Assembly: GCA_023213395.1 (NCBI GenBank)
Contig: CM041465.1
Location: 62,875,741 to 62,939,740 of the forward strand
DNA: 64,000 nt
From: Cycas panzhihuaensis
Lineage: Eukaryota > Plantae > Cycadophyta
Direction: 5' to 3'
Both the position numbers and the translations under genes were made by a program. This document shows positions 42,123 through 54,909 of the stretch, piece after piece. Each line of letters starts with the position of its first letter. The stretch's first letter is position 1. The notes below the pieces were generated by a model. It ran no database searches and was not told the DNA's origin. It saw only the letters and a list, made by a program, of their open reading frames with translations.

Positions 42123-44710
42123 TCTTATACTAGAGAATATTTACAGACCATATGTAGTGGGTTGAATACCCTACCCTAGCTTGAAGGTCTTAAATGATGT
42201 TCTTTCTAAAGGGGTCTTGATCCCATTCTTGTTTGGTGACTTTTATCCAAGACGGGTTGATCATAGTGATAGAATATAGTATAAAGCCTTCTTCTTTATG
42301 AGACAAAGTATTAACTACTATATTACCCTTACCTTTTTATATATAATTTCAAAGTCAAAATCCTAGATTTTGGTGAACTATTTTTATTGTTCTTCAGATG
42401 CTATCCTTTGAGCTAGAAAATATTTTAAGCTATCATGGTTTGTTTTAATTTAGAAATATATTCTTAGTAAATATTATTACCATTTCCTAACTATATAGAG
42501 GATTATTAACATCTCCCTCTCATAGATGGATTTGACTTTTTCTTTAGGTACAAGTTTAGGACTTTCAAAGGCCAAAGGTTTCCCTTCTTGTATTAAGATT
42601 ACTCTAATACCTTTCCCTATTACTTCATATTCAATGGTGAAAGTCTTTATAAAGTCTGATATTACAAGGACTTGAGTGGTAGTTAAAGCCACGTTTAGGT
42701 GTTCAAATACTTTAAAGTCCTTATCATTCGAATAAATAGAATCCTTTTTTAACAAGTTGATTAAAGGGAAAGTAATCCTTATATATCTCTGAATAAACTT
42801 TTGATAATATCATATGATTTGTAAGAATCTATGAAGGCCCTTAATGTTTTTGGATTTAGGCTAGTTTGTGCTAACTTTAATTTTCTTAGGATTTACCTTA
42901 ACTCCTTCTTGAGGGATAATATGACCCAAATATTCTGTTTTTGTTTACCTAAATTAACATTTTAATTTTTTGGCATCAAGTTAATTATCAGTAAGCACCT
43001 ATAATACCTTATTAACATGCTAAAGATGGTCTTTCCATATACAACTGAAGATCAAAATGCCATAAAGAAAGACTAACATAAACTTCCTTAAGTAAGGTCG
43101 AAAGAGTTTGTTCATGAGTCTTTGAAAGGTAGATGAGGCATTAGTTAATCCAAATAGCATGACTAAAAATTTATAATATCCTTCATACGTATAAAATACA
43201 ATTTTATGAATATCCTCTACTTTGATCTCAATTTGATGGTATCCTAGCTACAAGTCTAATGATACGAAGAATGTTACTCCATGGAGTTCATCCAAGATTT
43301 TATTGATGACTAGTACAGGAAATTTATCCTTGATGGTTATCTTATTGAGCTTGTGATAGTCTACATACATGTAAAATGAGCCATCATTTTTCTTACTAAA
43401 ACCATTAGGTCAAAAAAGGTACTTTTACTTTCTCTAATAGTACTAACATTAAGGAGTTCTTAAACTAATTGCTCAATTTCATTCTTTTGTTGGTAAGGGT
43501 ACCAATATGGTTAAATATAAGGAGGATTTCTTCTAGCTACGAGGTCAATGCTACGATCTTAGTCACGTACTAGGGGGAGACCTTAAAAAATATTCTAAAA
43601 GACCTGGTTGTGGTGGTGAAGCACCAACTTTAAGTAATTTGGTATACCATCATCTTAGAGAATGTCCCCTTTTATTAGAAGTTCTTGACCTTCCAGAGCA
43701 TAATATTTGGCAATGATTCCTATACCACCCTTTATAAAGAGCTTCTCTATATAATGTGAGATAATGATTTAGGTTGGAGGAGGAATGATCCTATTCAATT
43801 GATAGTTAATTCCTTTAGAGGTAAATCGGATGAAAAGCTCTTGCATATTTAGTTGAATGGTTCCTACTAGTTTGAGCCATTATATCCCCAGTACAACATT
43901 GACTCCTCCAATGGGAATGACATACATGGAGATGGAGAGGTGATAGTCACCCATTTACAACTTGATATTATGGCATTTTCTCCTATAAGAGAGTGTCCCA
44001 CCATTAGTCACCATAACCTAGAAAATTTTGATAAGATATAGAAAATAGTTAAGTTCTTTAGCAAGTTTTCCATTAATGAAACTATAGGTGCTCCCAAAAT
44101 CTATGAGGTCAACCACTTTCCTCTTCTTAATGTACCCAATAAGTTTGAGTATTTTTAGGGCCATGATTCTAATAAAGGCATGCACAAATATAGTAACATT
44201 ATCTTCTTCATCCTCCTTAGGTGGGTTACAGTCATTATTTTCTAGCTCTAAGGAGGCTTCGTCTATTGATTCATCATCTTGGACATCCTTAATAATGAAT
44301 AAGTGTCATTTAGGATACTTATGTTCTTTATTCCACTTGTAGTTATAACAAAAATATAACCCTTTCAACTATTTCCCATACACCTCTTAGGAAGTCATCA
44401 TCATACACTAGGAACCTAAAATTATTGTTACTTTTCTGGAAATATTTATGGGAGGGGTCAATATGCCTTATTTTTTACTTCAATATATTGAGAAAAATTG
44501 ATAGCTATAAAGATGTTATCAGGTTTTAGGAGTCAAAACTCATCTATAATATTATCCCATAACCTACTAATATACAACTCAAGTAATTTATTCTGATAAA
44601 GACTATTAACCCTTATGGAGAGATGCCAGTGTTCTACTATATAAGCTAAAATAGTGTCCTTCTATCTAACTTTAGTTAACTGGTTGAAGTAGTCATGATC
44701 TCAAGCACTA
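40500..44710 (-). mobile_element. Chromovirus Ty3/gypsy (Reina-like), 5'-truncated and decayed
   Basis: gag LYFCYNYKWNKEHK; PR RKVVDLIDFGSTYSFIN; RT FLVMLFGLTNASSTF; RH KPLAFES..KSIYEREML; INT QRWEEISIHFIMGLPKSEG; chromodomain EYLIK*K*LP*EDVT* at ~40890-40935; purine tract AAAAGGGGA at ~40812-40820, then a short LTR-like segment (end approximate). Confidence 0.9.
42094..42120. repeat. (AT)13 microsatellite within the chromovirus pol
   Basis: AT run inside the former coding motif YKN..IYICPHSSL. Confidence 0.9.
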
Positions 44711-44784
44711 AAGATCAAAGTACAACTATGAAAGCAATATTAATAGAACTTTAACTATGTAAAGAACAAATAGTATAAATAATT

Positions 44785-47294
44785 CAAGCACACAAATTCT
44801 GAATTCATTCTATCTCTCTTAGCTCTTATACAAAAGGAAAAATGCCTTATACCTACACTTTTGGTCCCTCCTCCTATTCTTCTCTTCTCCAAGGGTGAAA
44901 TCCTAGAATGCAAGTCTATATTAGCTCTTCTCTAGTAGGCCTTCCTTCTATGGTGCTCACTCCAATAGTAGCAACAGGTTTCATAAGTTTTTGAGACTCA
45001 TTCTTACCTCCAAAAGGATCCCTTTCTTCACCTAATAAGAGGGATCCTCATCTTTTCATTTATACATGAGGTAACATTTATTTTCCTTCAGTTTTTGTGA
45101 CTGTATCAGGTTTATTTCTTGCCATTCTCCCCTTTAGTAAATATATTTGGTATATATTTTAATTTATAACAAGGTTTGCATACATCTTTATCTCTTTTGG
45201 GGTGTCCAAACGAAGGCAAACCCTTCCTTTCTCCTTGATTACATCTATATGCCCCTTGGGTTCTTCTTAGGACACAAGTAGGTGGATTATGGGATCCCTT
45301 TGAGAGGGAGAAGAGGAGTTCATGGCTAGGGTTTCAACACTTACAGCCATATCCTCCAAGAGAAACCTCCTACTTCTCTTGGCTTTCCTACTCCGTATCC
45401 ATCCTATACATCAAGAAAGCTCTTAGGTGGGGGCCTCATTTATAGCCCCTTGCAATGCCTACAACTGGCTTGTATACACATTATTTAATAGCAAATTTCT
45501 TTGTATGCTTTGCCATTTTGTGAGATTTCCATTTTCTCTTACATATCTTGCAAAAGTTGTAACATTGTAAAATTTACAACATTTGCACTTTTTACAACCT
45601 TTATAACTTCTTAATCTTTGTAAGTTGCATTATCTTTATTTACTTTGAGTTATAAATCCTCGTTTAACTTGTTTCCTAGAGTATCCAAGCATGCAAGAGG
45701 TATCCTGTTTGAGGGATCTAGCCATTTTGAGGCTCTCCTTTCTCTCACCTTCAAAACCTCACTTTTTTCCAAAATGTTGCTTAAAAACATTTAAGTATAT
45801 AGTGGGAATATTGAGAAGTTAGTTGTTTCTTTTCTTTTGAAACATTAAGAAAGTTTAGGTTTCATTTGATGAGCATACATACACACACATATCCATATGC
45901 ACATGCACATATATGTTATTACTTGTTGAAAGGGTCTATCCACAAGGAAACTCTACCTACCTTGAGCAAGTAAGATCATTTTAAAAGGTTTGTATATCCC
46001 ATTTACATTTGTTTTCCTTTCAAGATTTCCTTTGAAGTTCTTTGCTCTTTAATAATACATTTCAGGGAAGGTAAGAAAGCCCCACCTATGGTTTCATTCA
46101 TAATACCAACCATGGCTTAGAGAGTAGGGTGATTGATGAAAGGAAGATAACAGAGGGAAGGAGAGGCACTCCACTGACTGGCTTATTTCTAGGTCCACTT
46201 CTTCCAACCTTCCTCTTCCTTCTTATTCTTTTCTTCCCCACTTTTTCTACCAAAAAGGAAATTGGTTGCATTTCTACAAAACTTATAATCATTTGCTCTA
46301 TTTACTTGCATCCATCTAAGAGAAAGTATAAAGGAATATCATTCATATTTGCTCTCTTAATCTTTTCATTAATATGTATTGACCTCACACCTCCCTTTCC
46401 TCTTACATAAGCATGAAAAAGGATAATTTGTACTAGTGCATCCTTCATTTCCCTGCTAAAAGGAAAGTGATAGAAAGGGTTTTCTTTTCTTTGTTGCATC
46501 CTCCTATTCACTTTGTATATACAAGAGTAGGAATAAGAAGTGGAACTTATGCTTTTGGTAGTCATCCTTTTTCCATGCATCATTAAGGAAAGCTTCATAG
46601 GTCATCTATACTCTTCCTCTTCTTCGCATCCCCTTTCTCCCTTCATTTAATATCTTTGCTGATAAACATAAAAGAGAGAGAGAATAAAAGAAGAGAGAAA
46701 GAGAGTGTCTTTTGAGTTGCATTTAGTTGGCATTGATACTTTATATCTTCACACTATCTTTAAGAAAGACCAAGACACTACCCAAACCCTTGGCATACTT
46801 AGTCCACTTGCTTTGTTTAACCTAAACCCTAGAGGCATTCCTTTAGGTGATCTTTAGCAAAATACACCATTAATCTTATCTTCTTGGATTTGATTTCCAT
46901 ATACCAAATCCCTTCCACATCTTTCAATCAATCATTTCCCTCTCTTATTTCATAGGCCTCTACCCTGTTAGGGCTTCCTTCCTCTTTTCCCCTTCTTCCA
47001 AGAAGAGAGCTTTTTTCCTCCCTCTCCTTCCTTCATCCATCAAGATAGGAGAGTCCTCCCTTAGGCTACTCACCAAACCGAGGATGCCCTTGCCTAACTC
47101 AAATTTGAGAAGGTACCTGCTAAAAGGGAAAGTTTTATGCGTTATTTATCAGTCTTCAAACCTGTGTTATGATGCATGAATTCCCTTTATGCGTGACTTA
47201 TCCCCTTGTCCTCAAGGATCTTTAGGCCCTTGTCATAATGATAGTGTATGATTAATATCCTTATAGTTACTAACCCCCTAGAGGCATGCTTCCA
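44785..47294 (+). repeat. 5' LTR of copy D (first ~0.7 kb missing)
   Basis: Ends GCATGCTTCCA before the PBS; matches 19973-22136 and 61160-61929. Confidence 0.88.
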
Positions 47295-47295
47295 C

Positions 47296-47313
47296 TAGCG
47301 ACCATACTGGGGA
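47296..47313 (+). promoter_or_regulatory. PBS (tRNA-Arg-like, TGG>TAG), copy D
   Basis: TAGCGACCATACTGGGGA. Confidence 0.78.
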
Positions 47314-47457
47314 CTTGACAGTAAAGGAATCTTTCTAGTTTCCTTTGGGTTAGCATTGCCTTTCTCTTTTGGCATCCCTTCTTGATTCATTAGGCATCCC
47401 TCAACATCCTTTGCTTCACTTGTCTCTCTGCCTTCTAGAGTTTTAGATGGAACTTAA

Positions 47458-50400
47458 ATGCAATATTTCTCTCATCATTTACGAGGTCTCCCTCCTTCTT
47501 TAGAAGAGTCACCTTATTCTCCCATTCCCTTATCTAATTCTGAATCAACCATGGAGGGATTCTCTTCAAAATGGGCTTATCATTCCTATGTTTTTTAAGC
47601 TCAACAACAACCTTCAAGAATATTGGGTGATCAAGAATACCCAAGTCTCCACCATCTTCCTGCACATGATGTGGGGGCTTCTTCTCCCATGGGATATCAC
47701 CACCTTGGTGAGAGTACCTATGAGGATTACCTTACAGCGTTTACTTTATTTGAGGAACCCTCTACCTCATATGAATAAGTAGGAACCCCTCCCATGGATT
47801 TAGTGGAAGTGTTACACCAATGCTTCTAACCTATAAGTCTCCAACCATCCCTAAAGTGGTTAGAAAGCATCTTGCATATTGTAGCACCCTCCTCTTCTTC
47901 ATATGCACCTCCTTATTCCTCCCATTCTACTTTGATATCCACAACAAGTCCATTCCTTATTGTTTCTTCTTCCTCATGTGTCACCCACAGTTTAGGGACC
48001 ACCCAAGGCATACTCACCTCGCAAATCAGGTTGAGTATCTCTCCTCCTAGTCAAGTGACCACATCTCAACTGACCATGGTCCATCCATATCTAACCCGAT
48101 CTAAGGGACTCTCATGTCCCACTTCTTCCAGCCACGTGGGTCAAATCCCCATGTATCCTCAACACCAACCTAGGGATCCTTCTCTTTACGTACCCTTGAG
48201 ATATACTTCCTAACCATGAGGGCATAGAAATAGAAATCCCCTTCATGTCTATGGAGTGGACTTCCTCCACCCATATGGCATTGCACCACCTACAAGTGGA
48301 CCATATGAGCAAAACTCTGTTTTGCACTCATATGTTTCATCTTCATGGGTCTCCTCATATGTGGTGCCTTCAGAAGGAGGACAAACTCCTCCTAAAGGCT
48401 CCTTTCCCTAAGTCCTCTTTCAATAAGGGGCATATCATAAAGGGGGAATAGGTCCCTCTTACTTATTCACCTCTCTCCTAGTTCCTTCTCATCTAGGATT
48501 AGTCCCTTCCCATCAAGTGGGAGGGAATTCATATCTCCCCTTTAGTTAAACCTATAAAGAAGGATTTGGGTGTCCATGCCCACCTCCTCCTTCATCTTTC
48601 ATTGACCCATCGACTCAACCCAGGGCCCATCCCTTCATTGACTGTAGGTGAACTCCTTTGTCCATCAAGGCATTAAGGACCAACTTACTACCTCATCTCC
48701 CTTCCTAAGGCCCAACTAAGTATGTCAGGAGTTTCTCCATGGTATGTATTGATTATTAGGCCTATGATCACATCTTAATGAAACATTTTCTACATTCCTT
48801 GTAGGGTGATGCCCTTAAGTGCTTCTACCACCTCCCTGCCCATTTGATTCATTCATTCCAACAACCTGTGGATGAGTTCATCAATAATTTTGACGTTGCT
48901 TATCCCTTTGAGAGTATAATAAAAGCCTTACTTTCCCTTAAACAAGTTCATGAGGAGATGAATCGTGACTTTATTAGGCACTTTCATGATCTCCTCCACT
49001 CCACAAAGGCCACATTGCTTGAGGAGTTGAAGAGGGATATCTTCATGAATGCCCTCTGTCTCAAAGTATATGTTGAGGTCCTCAAAATGGGGGCAACAAC
49101 ATGTGATTCTATCATAGCTAAGTGCTTGGATCTTGAGGTTATTGAGATCTAAGAAGGTCTCAAGAAACCTCTCAAACCATCATAACGACAAGAGGCACCC
49201 CCTGCGTCGCATGACATAAAACCCTAACAACTGTAAAAGTCTTCAACACACTCAATGGAGAAGACTTTAGATCCCTTGACCTCTACCATATATTCGTTTT
49301 ACCATATAATAAAGGAGTTTAAACTCCAAGCTCCTCCCTTATTTACAAACTCCCAAAGGCATGTCCATCAGGCCTTCTAAGTAGCACCTCTTAAGGATGG
49401 AAATACCCAATCCTCTCAAGCAAGGAATATTAAGCCTTCCTTGGAAAAGAAGTGGTGCTCCATCCATGGCGACTTCTTTCATGAGGATATGCAATGTAGG
49501 GTGCAACATCCTAAACCTACTCCACATCATGATTCCTCCCCAAGTAGGTGTCCAAGCCCAATATAAACCAGCCCATCCTTAGAGATCCCTTTCCCAAATA
49601 TGAGGAATGAGATCAACATACCTAACATAGAGGGAATTGAAATAGAAGAAGATCTCCTAATCCTCTTTCTACACAAGCTAAAGAGAATGGGACAAGAAGT
49701 TCTTTGTCTTCTTTTAGTTCTTGCCATCAAATCCCTTTGCCTTCTCAATCCTAAAATAAGGGAAAGAAAGTCATCCAAATATTCAAGACCACACCCCTAT
49801 ATGCTCTGACTAGGTCTTAAGCAGCTAAGGAGGCCATAGGTGCCTCTTCCTCTTCTCAACTTGATCCTCCCTTGGATAACCATACTTCTGAGATTCCTCC
49901 ACTCTCCAAGACTATTCCTGTCTACCTAGGTCACTATGATTTCTAAAGGGTGCTTCCCTAACCAACTAGGAATGGAAATTCTTTCTAAATCATAGATAAG
50001 CTTCACACTTTGGCTGCTAGGATGTCTATGATATACATCTTGAGGAACTTTCCAAAGTAATGTGCTCTTCTTTTGGAGACTGTAGGGTTGGTAGATGCAT
50101 CCATCAAAGCTTTAAGTGTTGTCCCAAGTCGGGAGCCCATCATCTCTTTCAACCTTAAAGACCTCCCTCCGACCAATGAAAGGGAATGCCAATGGCATTA
50201 CCCTTTTATGATATCTATAGACACTCATGAGTGTACTTTTAGAAGAATTGTTCTAGATAATAGTTCTTCCATTAATGCTATGCCTCTATACATCATGTAA
50301 GAGTTGGGCATAGTAGCTCTCAAGCAAGTTCTAGGGCGTTGTCGGGGCTACGATGGTAGTGAGAAAATGACCTTAGGATCTATCTCTGTCCCCCTTAACC

Positions 50401-53400
50401 TCAAGGACAAAACCATCCTCACTTATATCATTGTCCTCGATGTAGATATGGACTCTAACCTTTTATTAGGATGTCCATAGATTGACTAGATAATAGCCAT
50501 GTATTTGTCCCATTGGGGATAGCTCAAATTCATCCACGAAGGATGAATGAAAGTTATTTCTTGGGAGCCTCCTTCCATTAAACAATCACACCAATCTCGT
50601 CAGATGGTTCATGATCTAGTAAAGGGTAACAAAGGACCATCCACTCACACTTCCACCTGTATAATTGATATTCCTATTACTTCCTACTCAGAGGAAGGCC
50701 CTTCCTCTTCCTCTTCTAACCTTATTTATTTTACCCTTATCGGTATAGGGAGTTATCAGTACCTCACTATTTTGAGTGACGTTGAGCCCAATGGTGAGGA
50801 TGAGGACCTCCCTCATTGTATATCCCCCCTAAATACCTGTAGGGAGTACTTGCTTCATTCCATGTCCCAACCTGGAAACCCTTCCATTGAGGAGCCTAAT
50901 ACTCCTATTGAGTCACACATAATTATTCCTATCTCTTGCATGACCTCCTATACCACTTCATCATCCATCTCGTCACCTTCCTTGGGTGATGAGGATAGGG
51001 GACCTCCTATTCCATGACACACGAGGATGCCCCCTGACTCTTCTGAAGAGTCGCTTGACTATATCAAGTGGTGGGTTGACCGTTATGGACCCATTTCTCC
51101 TCCTGCTTCTCGCTCCTCATCCTCTCCAAGTATAACTATCCATGGTGTAGACTACTTTAAAAATGATGAGGTGTTTTTAAAGCATTTGGTAGGCTCCATA
51201 TCTAATCTCCCTCTTGGTCACCATAAGCTTGGTTATTGAAAGATCCTAGCTCTTGGGTCACCCCTAGTTGACCCAAGTCAACCTAGTTCCTCTTCGCCCC
51301 TCCTATTGACCAAGCCCCCCTTCATTTTAAGATGGAAATGCAATGTGCATGGGGGCAACCAAGGACATCATCCTCACACCTGGCAAGGTCATTAACATGG
51401 GAGTATAATGTTCCCCTAAAGAAATAGAGGAGTGCACTCTTTTCTTTTGGGACTTCTATGATGTTTTTGCATGGGATTACACTTATATGAAGGGAATAGA
51501 TCCCTCCATCGTCACCCATAATCTTACAACTATCCCAGGTGCTTACCTTCTACAAAAAAAGTAATGCCCCCTTTATTGTAAGTTGTTTGTTGATGTTAAG
51601 ATGGAAGTTGAAAAACCCTTGGACACATGGTTGATTACTTCTATAGATTACCCTAAATGGGTCTCCAACATCATTCATGTTGCTAAAAGGAATGGAATGA
51701 TTTGGATATATGTTGATTTTTAAGATATCAATAATACATGTACCAAAGATAACTTTCCTTTACCTTTCATTGATCAGATTATCGATCACACCACCAATTT
51801 TGAAGTCATGTCATTAAAGGATGGCTTCTTTGGTTACAACCAAATCTAAATCTCCCTTGAAGACCATCATAAAATAGCCTTCACTACTCCTTGGGGTGTA
51901 TTTGATTACAAAACAATGTACTTTGGAATTAAAAATGCAAGCATCACTTACTAAAAGACGATGTAATTTGTCTTTCATGACCTCATAAACAAAACCCTTC
52001 AGGTCTTCATGGATGATATGATGGGTCTCTCTTGTAAGAGAGCCCATCACCTTGAGAATTTACGTACCATCTTCACATGATGTCATAAATACCACGTTAT
52101 ATTAAAACTACTCAAATACATATTTGTTATAACTATCAGCAAACTCCTTGGTTCTATTGTTTGTAAACAAGGAATTCAGATCGACCTCGATAAGGTCAAG
52201 GCCATCTTTGACATGCCTGTACCTAAAATATAATGTTAATTCAAGTCATTTTTGGGTAGGTTTGATTTCGTTAGGCATTTCCTGGAAAACTTTTCCATAA
52301 ATGCTAAACCCCTTACTAACCTATTAAAGAAGGGCGCCCCATTCACTTAGTCTCCTAAGGCCCAGGAAGCTTTTCAAGAGCTAAAGAGAGACTTGACTTC
52401 TACTATGATCTTGGTGCCCCATCTCTTCAACTGTCCCTTCATCCTTTATACCTCACCACTAACAAATCCTTGGGGTCTATCCTCATCCAAGAGGATGATT
52501 TCGGAACTGAGCAAGCTATTTACTTCATCAGTTGCACATTAGTTATTGTTGAGATTAACTGCTCTTTCGTGAAGAAGGAGTACCTTGCCTTTGTCTACAG
52601 AACTAAGAAATTTAAGCATTGCTTACTTAGTAATACCACTCGAGTGAGCGTTCAATCTGATCCCTTGAGATACCTCTTAACTCAATCTGAATTGATTAGT
52701 AGGACTAACAAATGGGTCATCCTCCTCCAAGAGTATGACCTTTAAATTGTTAATAGGAAATTGAAGAAGGGAATAGTAGTCACTGAACAACTAGTTGATG
52801 CACCTATTCATAACTCTTTTAATGTTCTCGTTGATGACTCTTTACCTGGCAAGTATATCTTTTCCATTCAAAACTCATCACCCCATCCATTAGCTAGTAG
52901 CGAATGGTATGGGGGCATTGTATAATACCTTACTAAATAGCAGTATTATCCTAATGCTAGTGACAAGGTGAGGTCACAACTTAGGGCTACTACTATGCAG
53001 TATTTCCTCATAGAGGAGGTATTGTACAAGAGATCTTTCGATGGGGTCCTCCTTCACTACGTTAACCTTGATAAGGCAAACCAAATACTTCATGAGTGTC
53101 ATAATGGCACTTGTGGGGCCCACTTTGGGGGCTAATCCATGGCTTAGAGGATCCTCTATATGGGTTATTACTAGTCATCTCTTTTCAAGGACGACCATGC
53201 CTATGCATTGCATTGTCGTAGTTGCCAATAGCATGCCAATATTATTCATTCACCTTCTGAGGCCTTACACCTAATTATTTCTTTGTGGCCTTTTTCTTAA
53301 TAGGGACTAGACCATATCAGAGCCATAACCCCTCCTTCCTCATCATAATACAAGTTCATCTTGACTGCAATAGAGTATGTCTCTAAGAGGCCGAAGTGGT

Positions 53401-54148
53401 CTACTTACCATCCATTACTAGTAAGACTATAGCCACTTTTATCTACAAGCATATTATCTATTAATTCAAGATTCCTAACATCCTGATCACAGATAATGGA
53501 ACTCTATTTTATAATAAAGAGATGGATAAACTTTGTGGGAAGTTTAGGATATCCCACAAAACCTTGTCTCCTTATTATTCGTAGGCCAATGTCCAAATTG
53601 AATCTTTCAACAATACCCTTATCAATATCTTAAAGAAAATTATTGCTCAATCCCAAATGGATTGGCATCTCCAACTTTCTTCTACTTTATGGGCATATTG
53701 CACTTCTGTTCACATGGCTACAAGGATAAACCTATTCTCCCTCATGTATGGGATTGAAGTGGTCCTTCCTTTGGAAGTCAAAATCCCCTCTTTAAGTGTT
53801 TCTCCTCGAGGTCTCATCGGTGAGGAGTCTTTCTACTAAACTCACCTCCTTGACCTCAAAGTCTTGGATGAGAGACGCTTGATAGCATACCAATCAAACC
53901 TCACCTCTAACTCCAGGGCATGAAGAATGCATGATAAATGTCTTTATCCTCGCCCTCTAAATCTTGGGGACTATGTCCTAAAGCTTAAGTATCTCCATAA
54001 CTGTTTATCCAAATTCGGGCCTAAATGGGTTGATCCTTTTGTCATTCTTGAGAGCCTCAACAATGGTGCCTATAGGATACCTACCTTAGAGGGTCTCAAA
54101 TTTGAGAAAGTTATGAATGGTAAATTCCTAAAGAAGTTCTACGTTTGA
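47458..54148 (+). pseudogene. gag-pol of copy D
   Basis: IHSFQQPVDEFINNF (gag); LDNSSSINAMP (PR); DNFPLPFIDQII, DGFFGYNQI, QVFMDDMM (RT); KWVILLQEYDL (RH); DWHLQLSSTLWAY..KFLKKFYV stop at 54148 (INT). Confidence 0.93.
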
Positions 54149-54909
54149 CCCTTTCAACTCTTGAGTAGGATAGGCACACCACTCTCCCGCTTCAAAATGA
54201 GCCTAAACTCTGATTCTAAATGCATCATTATTTCTCCTAGCCATAGGTATGATGATGGTTTGGAGTATCTCTTCATCCTTTTGACTTCGTTACTTGCATT
54301 GCATATCTTATCTCCCTCCCATAGGAGACCTCTTATTTCCTAGTTAGTTAAGAAAACCTCCTTCGCTTTTGAGCATAGAGTTGCTTCCTAACCAAGGCCT
54401 TTTATTGCTTGGGTGTATATACCCCCAATAGACATGCGTAGCACCTCCTCTTAGTCTCACATATATCCATCATCAATACATAAGGTGATTATGTGTTCCT
54501 AGTATGGGTGTGGCATCGTATGAAAGGAAGCATGAATATCATTTGCATATGATCTAATAATAAAAACTATATATAGAAATCAACTACAACTATCTAAATA
54601 CATGACCCCTTATGCACCTATGCACCCATATCCATATGCATATGCTCATCTCTCTATGCATTATATAAACAAATAAACTACTCAACAAAGTAATAACATC
54701 ACAAATCCATCATAACATCATCATTATGTATTAAATAGGGTAACAATTAGCCCCCGTCTATATATGTATAAAGTCATATGATACAATAGAATCATATGGT
54801 ACATTATCTCGGCAATATACCTCAAGAAGCCAGAATCCTTGCATAGAGGAGTACAATCATATGCCTATGTGTGATAAAAACTTTGTGGAGGTTTGAGGAT
54901 TTCTTATCT

